Positions 37,046 through 53,010 of a DNA stretch of 64,000 nt are shown here, piece by piece; within the stretch, counting starts at the first letter, position 1; each line of letters starts with the position of its first letter. The position numbers and the translations under genes are program-made. Origin of the DNA: Anaeramoeba ignava BMAN (lineage: Eukaryota; Protista; Anaeramoebae); the NCBI GenBank assembly GCA_028826165.1, contig JAPDFW010000116.1, forward strand, positions 62,001 through 126,000. Reading direction: 5' to 3'. The notes under the pieces are model-generated. The model was not told where the DNA came from. It made no database searches and saw nothing but the letters and a program-made list of their open reading frames with translations.

Positions 37046-40000
37046 ATGGGAAATTGTTGTGGAATTGAACAAACAGAAGAACAAAAAGCATTAATTGAAA
37101 GGAATAACATAATTGAAAAAGAAATGAAAAAAGAAAAAACAAAGCAATTTAGTAGAATAAAAATTCTATTACTTGGTAATTAAAACAATAATAAAAAAAG
37201 CAATAATAAAATTGAAGCATCAAAAAATAACAAACAATTTGAAAATATGAAAAAAAGGTGCTGGAGAATCAGGAAAAAGTACATTATTTAAGCAAATGAA
37301 ATTATTACAAAATGGGAAATTTTCTGATCAAGATGTTGAATATTTTAAACCTCATATTTATTATAATTGTATTACACAAATGAAAGTACTTGTTCTTGCT
37401 GCAGAAAGATTAGGGATTCCAATTGATAATACTGTAATTTAATCAATTTATAAAATCAAAATTAAAATTATAAAATTAAAATTCATTTATAAAATTCAAA
37501 TTCAAATTAAAATTAAAATTAAAATTCAAATTCAAATTAAAATTATAATTAAAAAGGAAATTGCTGAAAAAATTAAAGAAATCAAAGCTACAAATTTAGA
37601 ATGGAATGATTTATTTACAGATTGGATAAAAATTTTATGGAAAGATCCAGGAATTCAAAAAACATATGAATTTAAAGATACAAATTTTCAATTAAATGAA
37701 TCAAGTTCATAGTAATTATTTATTTAAAAATTAAAATGGAATTTAAAATGAAATTAAATTTAAAATGGAATTAAATTTAAAATGAAATTAAATTTAAAAT
37801 GAAATTAAATTTAAAATGAAATTAAAATTAAAATGAAATTAAATTTAAAATGAAATTAAATTTAAAATGAAATTAAATTTAAAATGGAATTAAATTTAAA
37901 ATGAAATTAAATTTAAAATGGAATTAAATTTAAAATGGAATTAAATTTAAAATGGAATTAAATTTAAAATGGAATTAAATTTAAAATGAAATTAAATTTA
38001 AAATGAAATTAAATTTAAAATGAAATTAAATTTAAAATGAAATTAAAATTAAATTTAAAATGAAATTAAATTTAAAATGAAATTAAATTTAAAATGGAAT
38101 TAAAATTAAAATTAAATTTAAAATGAAATTAAATTTGAAATGGAATTAAATTTAAAATGAAATTAAATTTAAAATGAAATGGAATTAAAATGGAATTAAA
38201 ATGGAATTAAAATGGAATTAAATTTAAAATGAAATTTAATTTAAAATGGAATTAAATTTAAAATGGAATTAAAATGGAATTAAAATGAAATTAAATTTAA
38301 AATGAAATTAAATTTAAAATGGAATTAAATTTAAAATGGAATTAAATTTAAAATGAAATTAAATTTAAAATGAAATTAAATTTAAAATTAAATTAAATTT
38401 AAAATGAAATTAAAATTAAAATGAAATTAAATTTAAAATTAAATTAAATTTAAAATGGAATTAAATTTAAAATGGAATTAAATTTAAAATTAAATTTAAA
38501 ATGGAATTAAAATTAAAATGAAATTAAATTTAAAATGAAATTGAATTTAAAATGGAATTAAATTTAAAATGGAATTAAATTTAAAATGGAATTAAAATGA
38601 AATTAAATTTAAAATGGAATTAAATTAAAATGAAATTAAATTTAAAATGAAATTAAAATGAAATGGAATTAAATTTAAAATGAAATTAAATTTAAAATGG
38701 AATTAAATTTAAAATGGAATTAAATTTAAAATGGAATTAAATTTAAAATGGAATTAAATTTAAAATGGAATTAAATTTAAATTGAAATTAAAATGAAATT
38801 AAAATGAAATGAAATTGAAATGGAATTAAATTTAAAATGGAATTAAATTTAAAATTGAATTAAAATGAAATTAAATTTAAAAATTAAATTAAATTTAAAA
38901 TGAAATGGAATTAAAATGAAATTAAATTTAAAAATTAAAATGGAATTAAATTTAAAATGGAATTAAATTTAAAATGGAATTAAAATGGAATTAAAATGAA
39001 ATTAAATTTAAAATGAAATTAAATTTAAAATGAAATTAAAATTAAATTTAAAATTAAAATGGAATTAAAATGGAATTAAATTTAAAATGGAATTAAATTT
39101 AAAATGGAATTAAATTTAAAATGAAATGGAATTAAAATGAAATTAAATTTAAAATGAAATTAAAATGAAATTAAATTTGAAATGGAATTAAATTTAAAAT
39201 GAAATTAAATTTAAAATTAAAATGAAATTAAATTTAATTTAAAATGGAATTAAATTTATAAATAATAATTTTTTGATAAAAAAAAAGTTTCTTTGAAAAT
39301 ATTGAAAGAATTGGAGCAAATGATTATATTCCAACAAAAGATGATATTCTTCGAGTTAGATCAAGAACAGAACAAATAGAACAAGCATTATTTAAAGTTC
39401 ATGATTTGGAATTTGTTTTAATTGATGTTGGAGGACAAAGAACAGCAAGAAGAAAATGGTTAAAAAAAAACTATTTATAAAATTATTTAATATTAATATT
39501 AAAATTAAATTAAATCATTTTGAATATATATTTTATAATTTCAGGATTCATTGTTTTGAAGATGCTACTACCGTTATTTTTTGTGCTTCTCTTATTGATT
39601 ATGATCAAACACTTAGAGAAGATTTTTCAGTTAATAGAATGAAAGTAAATTTTCAAAAAGAAAACAAAAAGAAAAGAATTCATTTTAATTTTTGAAATCA
39701 TTTTAAAACAAAACAAATCAAAACAAATCAAAAGGAATCTTTAACTTTATTTCATGAAATTTGTACAAGTCCTTGGTTTTTACATTCTTCAATTGTTTTA
39801 TTTTTAAACAAAAAAGATCTTTTAAAAGAAAAAGTGAAGAAAAGAGATCCAAGTGTTTTTTTTAAAGATTATTCTGGTATTTTTATTTAAAATCAAAACA
39901 AAATTAAAATCCAAAAATTAAAATTAAATCCAAAAATTAAAATTAAAAACAAAATTAAAATTAAAAACAAAATTAAAATTAAAAAAAAAAGGAAAACCAA

Positions 40001-40191
40001 ATAATTATCAAGATTCTTATCTTTTTATTAAGAATAAATTTAAAAAAATAAGTGGTTTAGAAAGTAATTCTATAAGACCTCTTTATATTTTTAAAACTTG
40101 TGCAATTGATACTGAAAATATTGATAAAATTTTTAAATCAGTTTCAGATACAATTATGAGATCAACAGTTAAAAAAATTGATTTGATCTAA
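37046..40191 (+). CDS. Heterotrimeric G-protein alpha subunit; exons 37046-37175, 37258-37433, 37557-37711, 39288-39458, 39545-39644, 39735-39876, 39992-40191
   Basis: MGNCC lipidation motif, [46 protein letters not shown]. Intron phases are consistent. Confidence 0.94.
37712..39287 (+). repeat. G-alpha intron filled with a ~17-bp (AAATTAAATTTAAAATG/GAATTAAATTTAAAATG) minisatellite
   Basis: About 1.5 kb of tandem units between GT at 37712 and AG at 39287. Confidence 0.92.
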
Positions 40192-40566
40192 TATTTGATA
40201 TTTCAATTACAAATAACCATTTTTCTTTTTGTTTTTCTTTTTTGCTTCTTTTCTTTTTTGCTTTTTTTCTTTAATCAAAATGCGAAAAATAATTTTTTTT
40301 CGATTTTTTTTTTCCACTTTTTTGATCGATCAATTTGACTTCTTTTACTTTTTTTTTTTTACAATAATTTGCTATTTTCTTCTATTTTCTTTTTTCTTCT
40401 TTCTTCTTTCTTCTTTCTTCTTTTTTTTTGTTGTTTTTTTTTGTGTTTTTTTTTTTTGAGAAATCAATAAAAATAAAAACAAAAACAAAAACAAAAACAA
40501 AAATAAGAAAATGTTTTTTTTTTAAATTTATTTTTTTCATTTTTTTTCTTTTTTTTAAAATTTTGA

Positions 40567-43500
40567 ATGTCTCAAACTGATTCAACTAAAACAGAAACAG
40601 AAACAGAACAAGAAAAAGAAACACAAAAATTAGCAATAAAATCTTCATTTCTTTTTGATTTTGAAACAGAAATAAAATCAATTTCATTAAAAAGAGATGA
40701 ATTAAAAGATTTTTTACTTTTAACACAAAATCAACTTGAAGTTAATGATAAAAAAAGAGAAACAAGAATTAAAGAAAAAGAAGTAAAATTTCAATTAAAA
40801 TTCATTTATAAAATTTCAATTAAAATTCATTTATAAAATTAAAATTTCAATTAAAATTAAAATTCATTTATAAAATTATAATTAAAATTCATTTATAAAA
40901 TTAAATTTAAAATTAAAATAAAAATTAAATTTAAAATTAAAATTCATTTATAATTAAAATTTAGAAACAATTCCCTAAAAGCCTTTTTAATTTCCATCAA
41001 GAATGTGAAAAAGTTTTTCTTAATGATTGGAAAATTTTCAAATTCAAAAATCGAATTTATCAAGATCAACATGAAATCAAACAAGAAATAGAAACACCCG
41101 AAGCACAAAAATTTGAGATAGATTATGAAGAATCACAAACACAAGATAACTTCACAAAATTAATGAATTATTCATTTGAATCTGAAAAAGACGAACAAAA
41201 AGAGGATTTAAGTAATGAAGTGATTGAAGATGAAGATCTGAATTTCTCTTTATTAAAAATACCAAATCGAGATAAAGCTTTAATTGCAAACAAAACAGAA
41301 AGAGAAAAGAATATGAAGAATCTGTTCAATGTTTACAGTCAAAAGGATATAACCCAATATATTGGAGATCCAAGAATTCCTTTTAAACCTTTTATTAATT
41401 CACCTGAATATCAAATCTTTGTAGAATTTGTTGATCTATCTTTGAATTTTAAAGAACAACTAGAACCCTTTTATTTTTCTTTAGCTTTATTTGATCTTCG
41501 AAGAAAAACAAGAATTTCTGAGAATTTTTATTTCCAATTCAATGAAGAAAAATTTAGTTTTCTTCCTTCAAATCAAAAAGACAGTGGAATTAGTCTTGTG
41601 ACTCAATCCAAAAGGGCAGTGTTTAATATATCTGAACCATCAAAGGATATATTTTTACTTTTAACAATATCAACAATTTTCCAAGGAGATCATGAAGCAA
41701 AAGCTGATATTTATTCGAAACCTGTAGATATTTAAACAAAAATTAATTTATAATAATTTTAATTTTAAAATTTTTATTTAAATTTTTTTAAAAAGGTCCC
41801 GACAAAACAAAAATTATACGACAAACTAAAATCCCAAATCACAGATTCTTGCAAAAAATTCAGCCAATTCAAACAAGACTTCACTTGGGCAATGTTTCCT
41901 TTATTTAGTTTTGATCGAAGAACAAAACAACTTTGCGAAACATTTTTAAGCAATAAAATCCAGCAATTTTCGCCTTTATATCGAATCAAAGATTTCACAA
42001 GCGAAGAGCAGTTTTTCAAATTTTTAGGCGAACAAAAAGCAACAATGAAAAAACAAAGCTCAATACCAGGATTTTGCTCGTTCAAAATTGCGCGAATCAA
42101 TGAGCAAAACAGAAAAGAACTTTTTGGAAACTCAACAATTTTTGATCCGTCAATGAGAGTTGTTGAAGACAATCAAGACACGAAAACAGCGGTTTTAGAA
42201 ATGGAAGATTTTGCGCTAAGTGCCAAACGAGCAGTTAATTATTGCTTTGTGAATAACTTATATATTTATCCAAAATTCCTGACAATCTCGAGCATCAAAG
42301 GAAGTTCGATCCAAAATATTGAGATTAAAATACAATTAAAAGAGGATGATAAAGATATACAGTCTCCAGGACTTCCTGTGTTCTATGGAAGGATTCTTGA
42401 GAAGAAATTTGTTGATTTCCGATATGTGAATATTCAGTATAAAACGCGCAAGCCACATTTTAATGACGAGATAAAAATAGCACTTCCATTGAATTTGACG
42501 CACAAACATCATTTATTATTTACTTTTTATAACCTCAATCACAAGGACAAAAAACAGCAAGGAAAGGAACTCTTTGGACATGCTGTGGTCCCAATATTCC
42601 AGCCTGATTTCTTGATTGAAGGAAAGTTCCAAGTGCCAGTATGTATGGCGTTATCCTCATCAGGATATTTATCATCATCCGAATTGGTGATGCAAGAAAA
42701 ACAGAAAAATTATTTTGAATTGGAGTCGAAAATTATCAGTTCAGTGTATCCTCAGGACAAAGACGTGATGGGGTTTCTGAAGAGTATTGAGATGCTTTCC
42801 CGCAACGGCAAGGAGGATCTTGTCCAATCAATGCAAGTTCTGCGCAAGCACAGCGCAAATTTCCACGATATTTTGATCCAATTTCTCCCTGTTTTATTCA
42901 ATGTTCTTTTGGATATAATGACAAACAAACAACAAGATGATCCGTTATTGCGGGAGGAGGCGTTCCATACCTTTGCGCAGTTGAGTTTTGAGGTGATCCA
43001 AATACGTGAAGCGTTGGAAGTGGATGTTCTTCAGAATTATGTTGATTATGTTTTTAATAATTTTGACAACGGAAAAAGAGAGATTTTCCAGGAACTTGTT
43101 GGTCAATGGAATAAGGCGTTGGAACATGATTTGAGTCAGGTTTCTGATCCGCAAAATATCCAATCCGAAGGGAATGCGTTTGTGAATCCTACACGGTTTT
43201 TCTTTGATTTAATTATCAAGTCAATGGTTCTGTATTTGGATTTTAATGGAAAATTGAATAGCAACCAAAGGCTGGATTTGTTTGGGATTGATTTTTTGGA
43301 TGGGATGCGAAATTTAGTGAGAAATTTGAACAAAGAAGTTGTTGTTCGATTTATAAAAGGATTGAATGTTGCGAAAAGATTGAATCAAGCAATCGCACTT
43401 TTTCTGAAGGATTTAATCGATATTTGCGATGTGAGCTTTGTCTTTGAAATTGTGGAAAGTTATATAGAAGCACTTCAGACTCAGGATGTGAACATACAAA

Positions 43501-46500
43501 TATTAAGCTACGAATTCATAAACTTGTTTGTGGAGCATGAGAATTACGTTCAGTTCAATATTCCTGTGATGCCAACATACACGAGCTCGACAAACCTCGT
43601 TGAGTTTCTATCTCAGCGGCATTTACTCTCGGGAATCATCATCCAAAGCGTGTTCAAAACGCTAGAGATGAAGGATGTCAACAACAAAATACGATCCATT
43701 GCGATCACAACGCTGCAGAATTTGTTGCACAAGCACGATATCGATCCGCGCTTTCAGACACCCCAAATCAAGTCACGGATCGCAATTATTTATCATCTTT
43801 TTGTCTTATTCATGATCGACAAAATGGATGTTTATAAGGATTTCCCCCGAGAATTGAGAAGGGATCTTCTCATCTCCTTTTTATACATCTTGAAAATGAT
43901 TGATAAACACTATTTTATCCAGTGGTGGTGTTTTGAGGGAATCAGTCGCCGCATCGATTTTTTCCAATTGCTTGAGTTGTGCATTGATTCTTTCGATTAT
44001 CTCGGCAAAAAAAAAGCTTGAAGAGATTGAAAAGAACAAGGAGGAAACTGCGCGACATAATACAAACAACCTCGAAATGCTGAAGCATATCGAGCAATCT
44101 TACGACACTTCCAATTTGATGTCGCGTAAAAAGCGGGATTATCCAACTCTGCGTTTAGGAAACAAGCGCGGATTGAAAGAATCACCAAAGCAATATGATC
44201 GCGGAATGGAAAATGCAGGAGGATTTTCACCCGGACCAACAAACATTACTGAGTTGGCTATTCAGCAGTTGCAGTTCCAAGGAAAATCAGGAACTGTGAG
44301 GAATTTGGATTCTCAAGATGATGCAAAAATAATCCAAAAAACATAGATTTAACGGAAAATAGGGACACACGTCAAAAAGCAAAAAATGAAAAATCGGAAG
44401 TGGAAAATTTAAATTCAGTTCAAACACCGAAAAACCAATTTGAGAAAATTTTGGATCTCAACAAATCCAGCACAATCACATCAACAACATCGATAAACAG
44501 ACCTACATCACTTCAGAACCCGACATTTGAGGGGAATCTCTCGACACAAGTAAACCTGATTATCCTTGACATTCTCGAGAATATTGTGCAGGCGACATGG
44601 AAGGATCTGCAGAAGGAGCAGTGCGAGAAGGAAACAAGCATTCTTGGGATGATTTTCCACACGGTGATTGCAATGTATCAGCACAACCAATCAGAAACTC
44701 TTCTGCGGAATCTTTTCAACACAACGATCACAATGATCATGATTTTCGAGAAAGTGATATTTAAACAGAACATCAAGTTCCTGTCTGAATTGTGCACAGA
44801 ACTGCTTGTGAAAACGGTTTATCATAACCCTGAAGTAAGAAGAGCAGCAAATGTTATGCTTTATTTGATATTTAAACGAAATTACCGAGTTTGCGGAGAT
44901 TTCTCGCGCTCAAAGATCCACACAATCATCGCATTTTCACGGCTTGTGGGGGATCCAACAACATTCAAAGCGGAGAAATACGTGCGCAAAACATTGCGAA
45001 TATTGGATGTTTACGCAGAGAAAGAGGATGCGAAAATGGCAAAATTTGTTGGGATGATGAAGGAGCATTCACAAGAAATGGCGAAGATCCTTCACGACTC
45101 AATCAAACTAAAGAAATACGGACACGATCCCGAGATGACATCTGATCTGTATCACAGAATTGCGGACGGATATCGTGAGGCTCCAGATCTTCGTCTTGCA
45201 TGGCTCGAATCACTACACAAATTCAACTGTGAAAAGGGGAACACAACTGAGGCAGCTTATGATCAAATCCACATCGCAGCGCTTGTTGCGGAGTATCTCC
45301 ATCTTACTGATCCCCGCAGCGATTTCCTTCCTCAAGGTGCTAAGGGTCTTGTTAATATATCTCCAACATGCGCCGAAGAGGCGTATAAAAGTAAGAAGCT
45401 TGATTTCACACGACTCTCACAGTCTCCAAGCTTCACGCAAAACGGATTTCTTCTTCTTCTTCAACGTCTTGTCAACGCACTCAAAAAGGAGAAGCTTTTC
45501 GAGCTACAAATCCAGGCTTATAAAATCCTCATCCCCATTTACGAACATCTCCAGGACTATCCCGCGCTCTCTCGCTCACATCTCGAGCTCAAATCTGCAT
45601 ATGACGAGCTCATCAAGGAAAACATGTTCAACGCAGGCGAGCGAGCGTTCGGTATGTTTTTCCGTGTCGGTTTTTACGGAAAACGCTTTGGTGAACTTGA
45701 CAGCAAAGAGTTTATTTACCGCGAATCAGGCTTGACCCACTTGTTCACTCTTACAGAAAGACTCAAATCTCAATTTGTTGCGCTTTTCGGTGAACAGAAC
45801 GTTGTCATAATTCAATCTTCTTCGTCCGTTGATGTCACAAAACTTGAACTGGCAAAAGTTTATATTCAAATCACCGCTGTCAAACCCTATTTTGAAGAGG
45901 AAGAAGACAAGCAGCGTGTTTCAGAGTTCCAGCGCTCGTTCAATGTGTCTCAATTCCACTTCCAAACCCCATTCACAAAATCGGGAAAGTCTCAAGGTCC
46001 AATTTCTGAACAGTGGATGAAGAAAACTATCCTTTTTTGCAAAGGCCAATTTCCTTATGTTGTTAAAAGACTTCCTGTTGTCAAAAAAATTGAACAAGAT
46101 TTTTCGCCGATCCAAGTTTCAACAGAAAATCTCAAAGAGAAAAACATTCAACTCGAACGGATTCTCAATTCACGCATTAAGGATATCAAAAATCTTCAAT
46201 CCATTCTTTCCGGTACTTGTCTCACTTCCGTTAATGTTGGTCCTTTTGAGATTTGCAAAGTGTTTTTGAGTGAACCCCAAAATTTCGATACTCAAAATAT
46301 TAAGGATCTTCGCAGTGAATTCCATAAATTTTTGCTTCTTCTTCAACAGGGAATTAATGTTAATGAACGTTATGCAAAAGATGCTCAAAAAGAATTCCAA
46401 GAAGCTGTCAAAATAGGTTATGCAAAACTTAAAGAACATATTGAACCTTATCTTTCTGAAGATGGTGTTTCAAAAGAAATTCTTGAACTTCACAAACTCA

Positions 46501-46541
46501 ATACTAACTTAACTTTGGATATGGATTTCTCAAATAATTAA
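40567..46541 (+). CDS. DOCK-C/D (zizimin-like) GEF; exons 40567-40782, 40965-41723, 41796-46541, with two A-run frameshifts near 44010 and 44330
   Basis: EPFYFSLALFD..RISENFYF, NNLYIYP, FNDEIKIALPLNLTHKHHLLFTFY (DHR1). DPEMTSDLYHRIADGY..APDLRLAWLESL, FFRVGFYG..KEFIYRE, YIQITAV.PYF, SVNVGP (DHR2). No SH3 domain. Confidence 0.92.
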
Positions 46542-46769
46542 AAAAAAATCTTTTTTCTTTTTTCTTTTTTCTTTTTTCTTTAATCAAAAAAAAATTTAAT
46601 AAAATCCAATTTTTCTTTTTTTCTTTTTTTTTAATTTTTTCAATTTCAATTCAAATTGTTTCTTGAAATTTATTTAATCTTTTTTGTATTTGGAAAGGAA
46701 AAAAAAAATATATCAAAAAACCAAGAACAGTTTTTTTTCTTTTTCAAAATCTAATTCAAAAAAAAAATT

Positions 46770-51631
<4,862 letters not shown>

Positions 51632-51899
51632 ATTAAAAATAATAACTAAATGTCAATTTAAAAGTTTTTTTTTTTTTATGTTGTTTTTGTTTTTGTTTTT
51701 GTTTTTGTTTTTGTAAATTTTTTTAATAAAAAAAAATAATAAAAAATGAAAAAAAAAAATAAAAAAAATTTTTTTCCTTCTTTTTCTTTTGTTTTTTTCT
51801 TTTGTTTTTTCTCCTTTTTATTTTTTTTTTCTCCTTTTCTTTTTTTCCTTTTTTTCCTTTTTTTTCATTTTTCATTTTTCATTTTTTTTATTTTTATAA

Positions 51900-52840
51900 A
51901 TGCAGAGAGATTTTGAAAGTGTTTTTGAAAAAGGAAAAAGCGATTATTTAAAAAAATATGAAGAAGATAAAAATCAAATCAAAAAAGAAGTTGATGATTT
52001 ATATCATAAAATAACTGATTGGTTTTTAAAAGAAGATAAAAAACAAGAAGAAAGAATTGAAAATCAAATAAATTATTTTCAAGAATTAAATCTTCAAAAA
52101 GAAGAAGCAATAAAACAAATTGGAGTAGATATAGTAAATTTAGAAAATTTCAAAGACAAAATTGAATCAATAAAACTTCAAGATAAAAAAGATGATGAAG
52201 AAATCAAATTAAAAGAGTTGAATGAATTAATTAAAGAAACAAAAGAAGAACTTGCAAAAGAGAAAAAGGAATTAAATGAAACAATAAAACAAGAAAACAA
52301 TTTAGATAAAGTATATGGAACTACAAAAACATCAAACAAAGATACACTTGTTTACAAAAGTGATGATTTAACCAAAAAAATTAAAAAAGAAATTGAAACA
52401 AAAAACAAATTAAAAAAGTTTGCAATTATTCAAAATGATATTCTTATTTTTGAATACAATTCCCAAAAAAAGCAATTTATTTACAAATGTGATGCTACTT
52501 ATAATAAAAAAAAATACAAAGAAATTGTTTTAAATGAAAGACCTCAAGTTTTAGAAACTCGAATAAAAATTATTGCGAAATTTCGATCATTTTATGTAAA
52601 TTTTAATTTTAATTTTAATTTTAATTTTAATTTTAATTTTAATTTTAATTTTAATTTTAATTATTTTAATTTTAATTTTAATTTTGTTTTTTTAATTTTA
52701 ATTTTAATTTTAATTTTAATTTTAATTTTAATTTTAATTTTAATTTTAATTTTAATTTTAATTATTTTAATTTATTTTAAAAGGTGGATGAAGAAAATAA
52801 AACCATTTATGCTGAATGCGAAACTCTTCATACAATTTAA
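51900..52840 (+). CDS. Hypothetical coiled-coil protein, possibly with a PH-like C-terminus; exons 51900-52595 and 52784-52840
   Basis: Charged heptad N-terminus. Phase-0 GT-AG intron filled with (TTTTAA)n joins to VDEENKTIYAECETLHTI*. The PH-like assignment is weak. Confidence 0.65.
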
Positions 52841-53010
52841 AAAGAAAAAAAAAGAAAAAGATTTTTTAATTCCAAAAAATTTTCAATCAAAAATTTCACT
52901 TTTTTTTTTTCCTTTTATTTTTTTTTTCCTCATTTCCCAAAAAGATTTTCCAATTCAAAATGATTTTGATTTCTATTCCTTTTTAATAAAAAAAATTTCA
53001 AAAAAAAAAT

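Noticed and set aside
44005-44345. Programmed frameshifting or pseudogenisation of the DOCK-C/D gene (also BTB-TLDc ~18705, LIM 36300-36450, eIF4G repeats)
   Set aside because: Each break lies in an A/T homopolymer or repeat with intact coding on both sides. Long-read indel error is the simpler explanation, though read data are needed to confirm.
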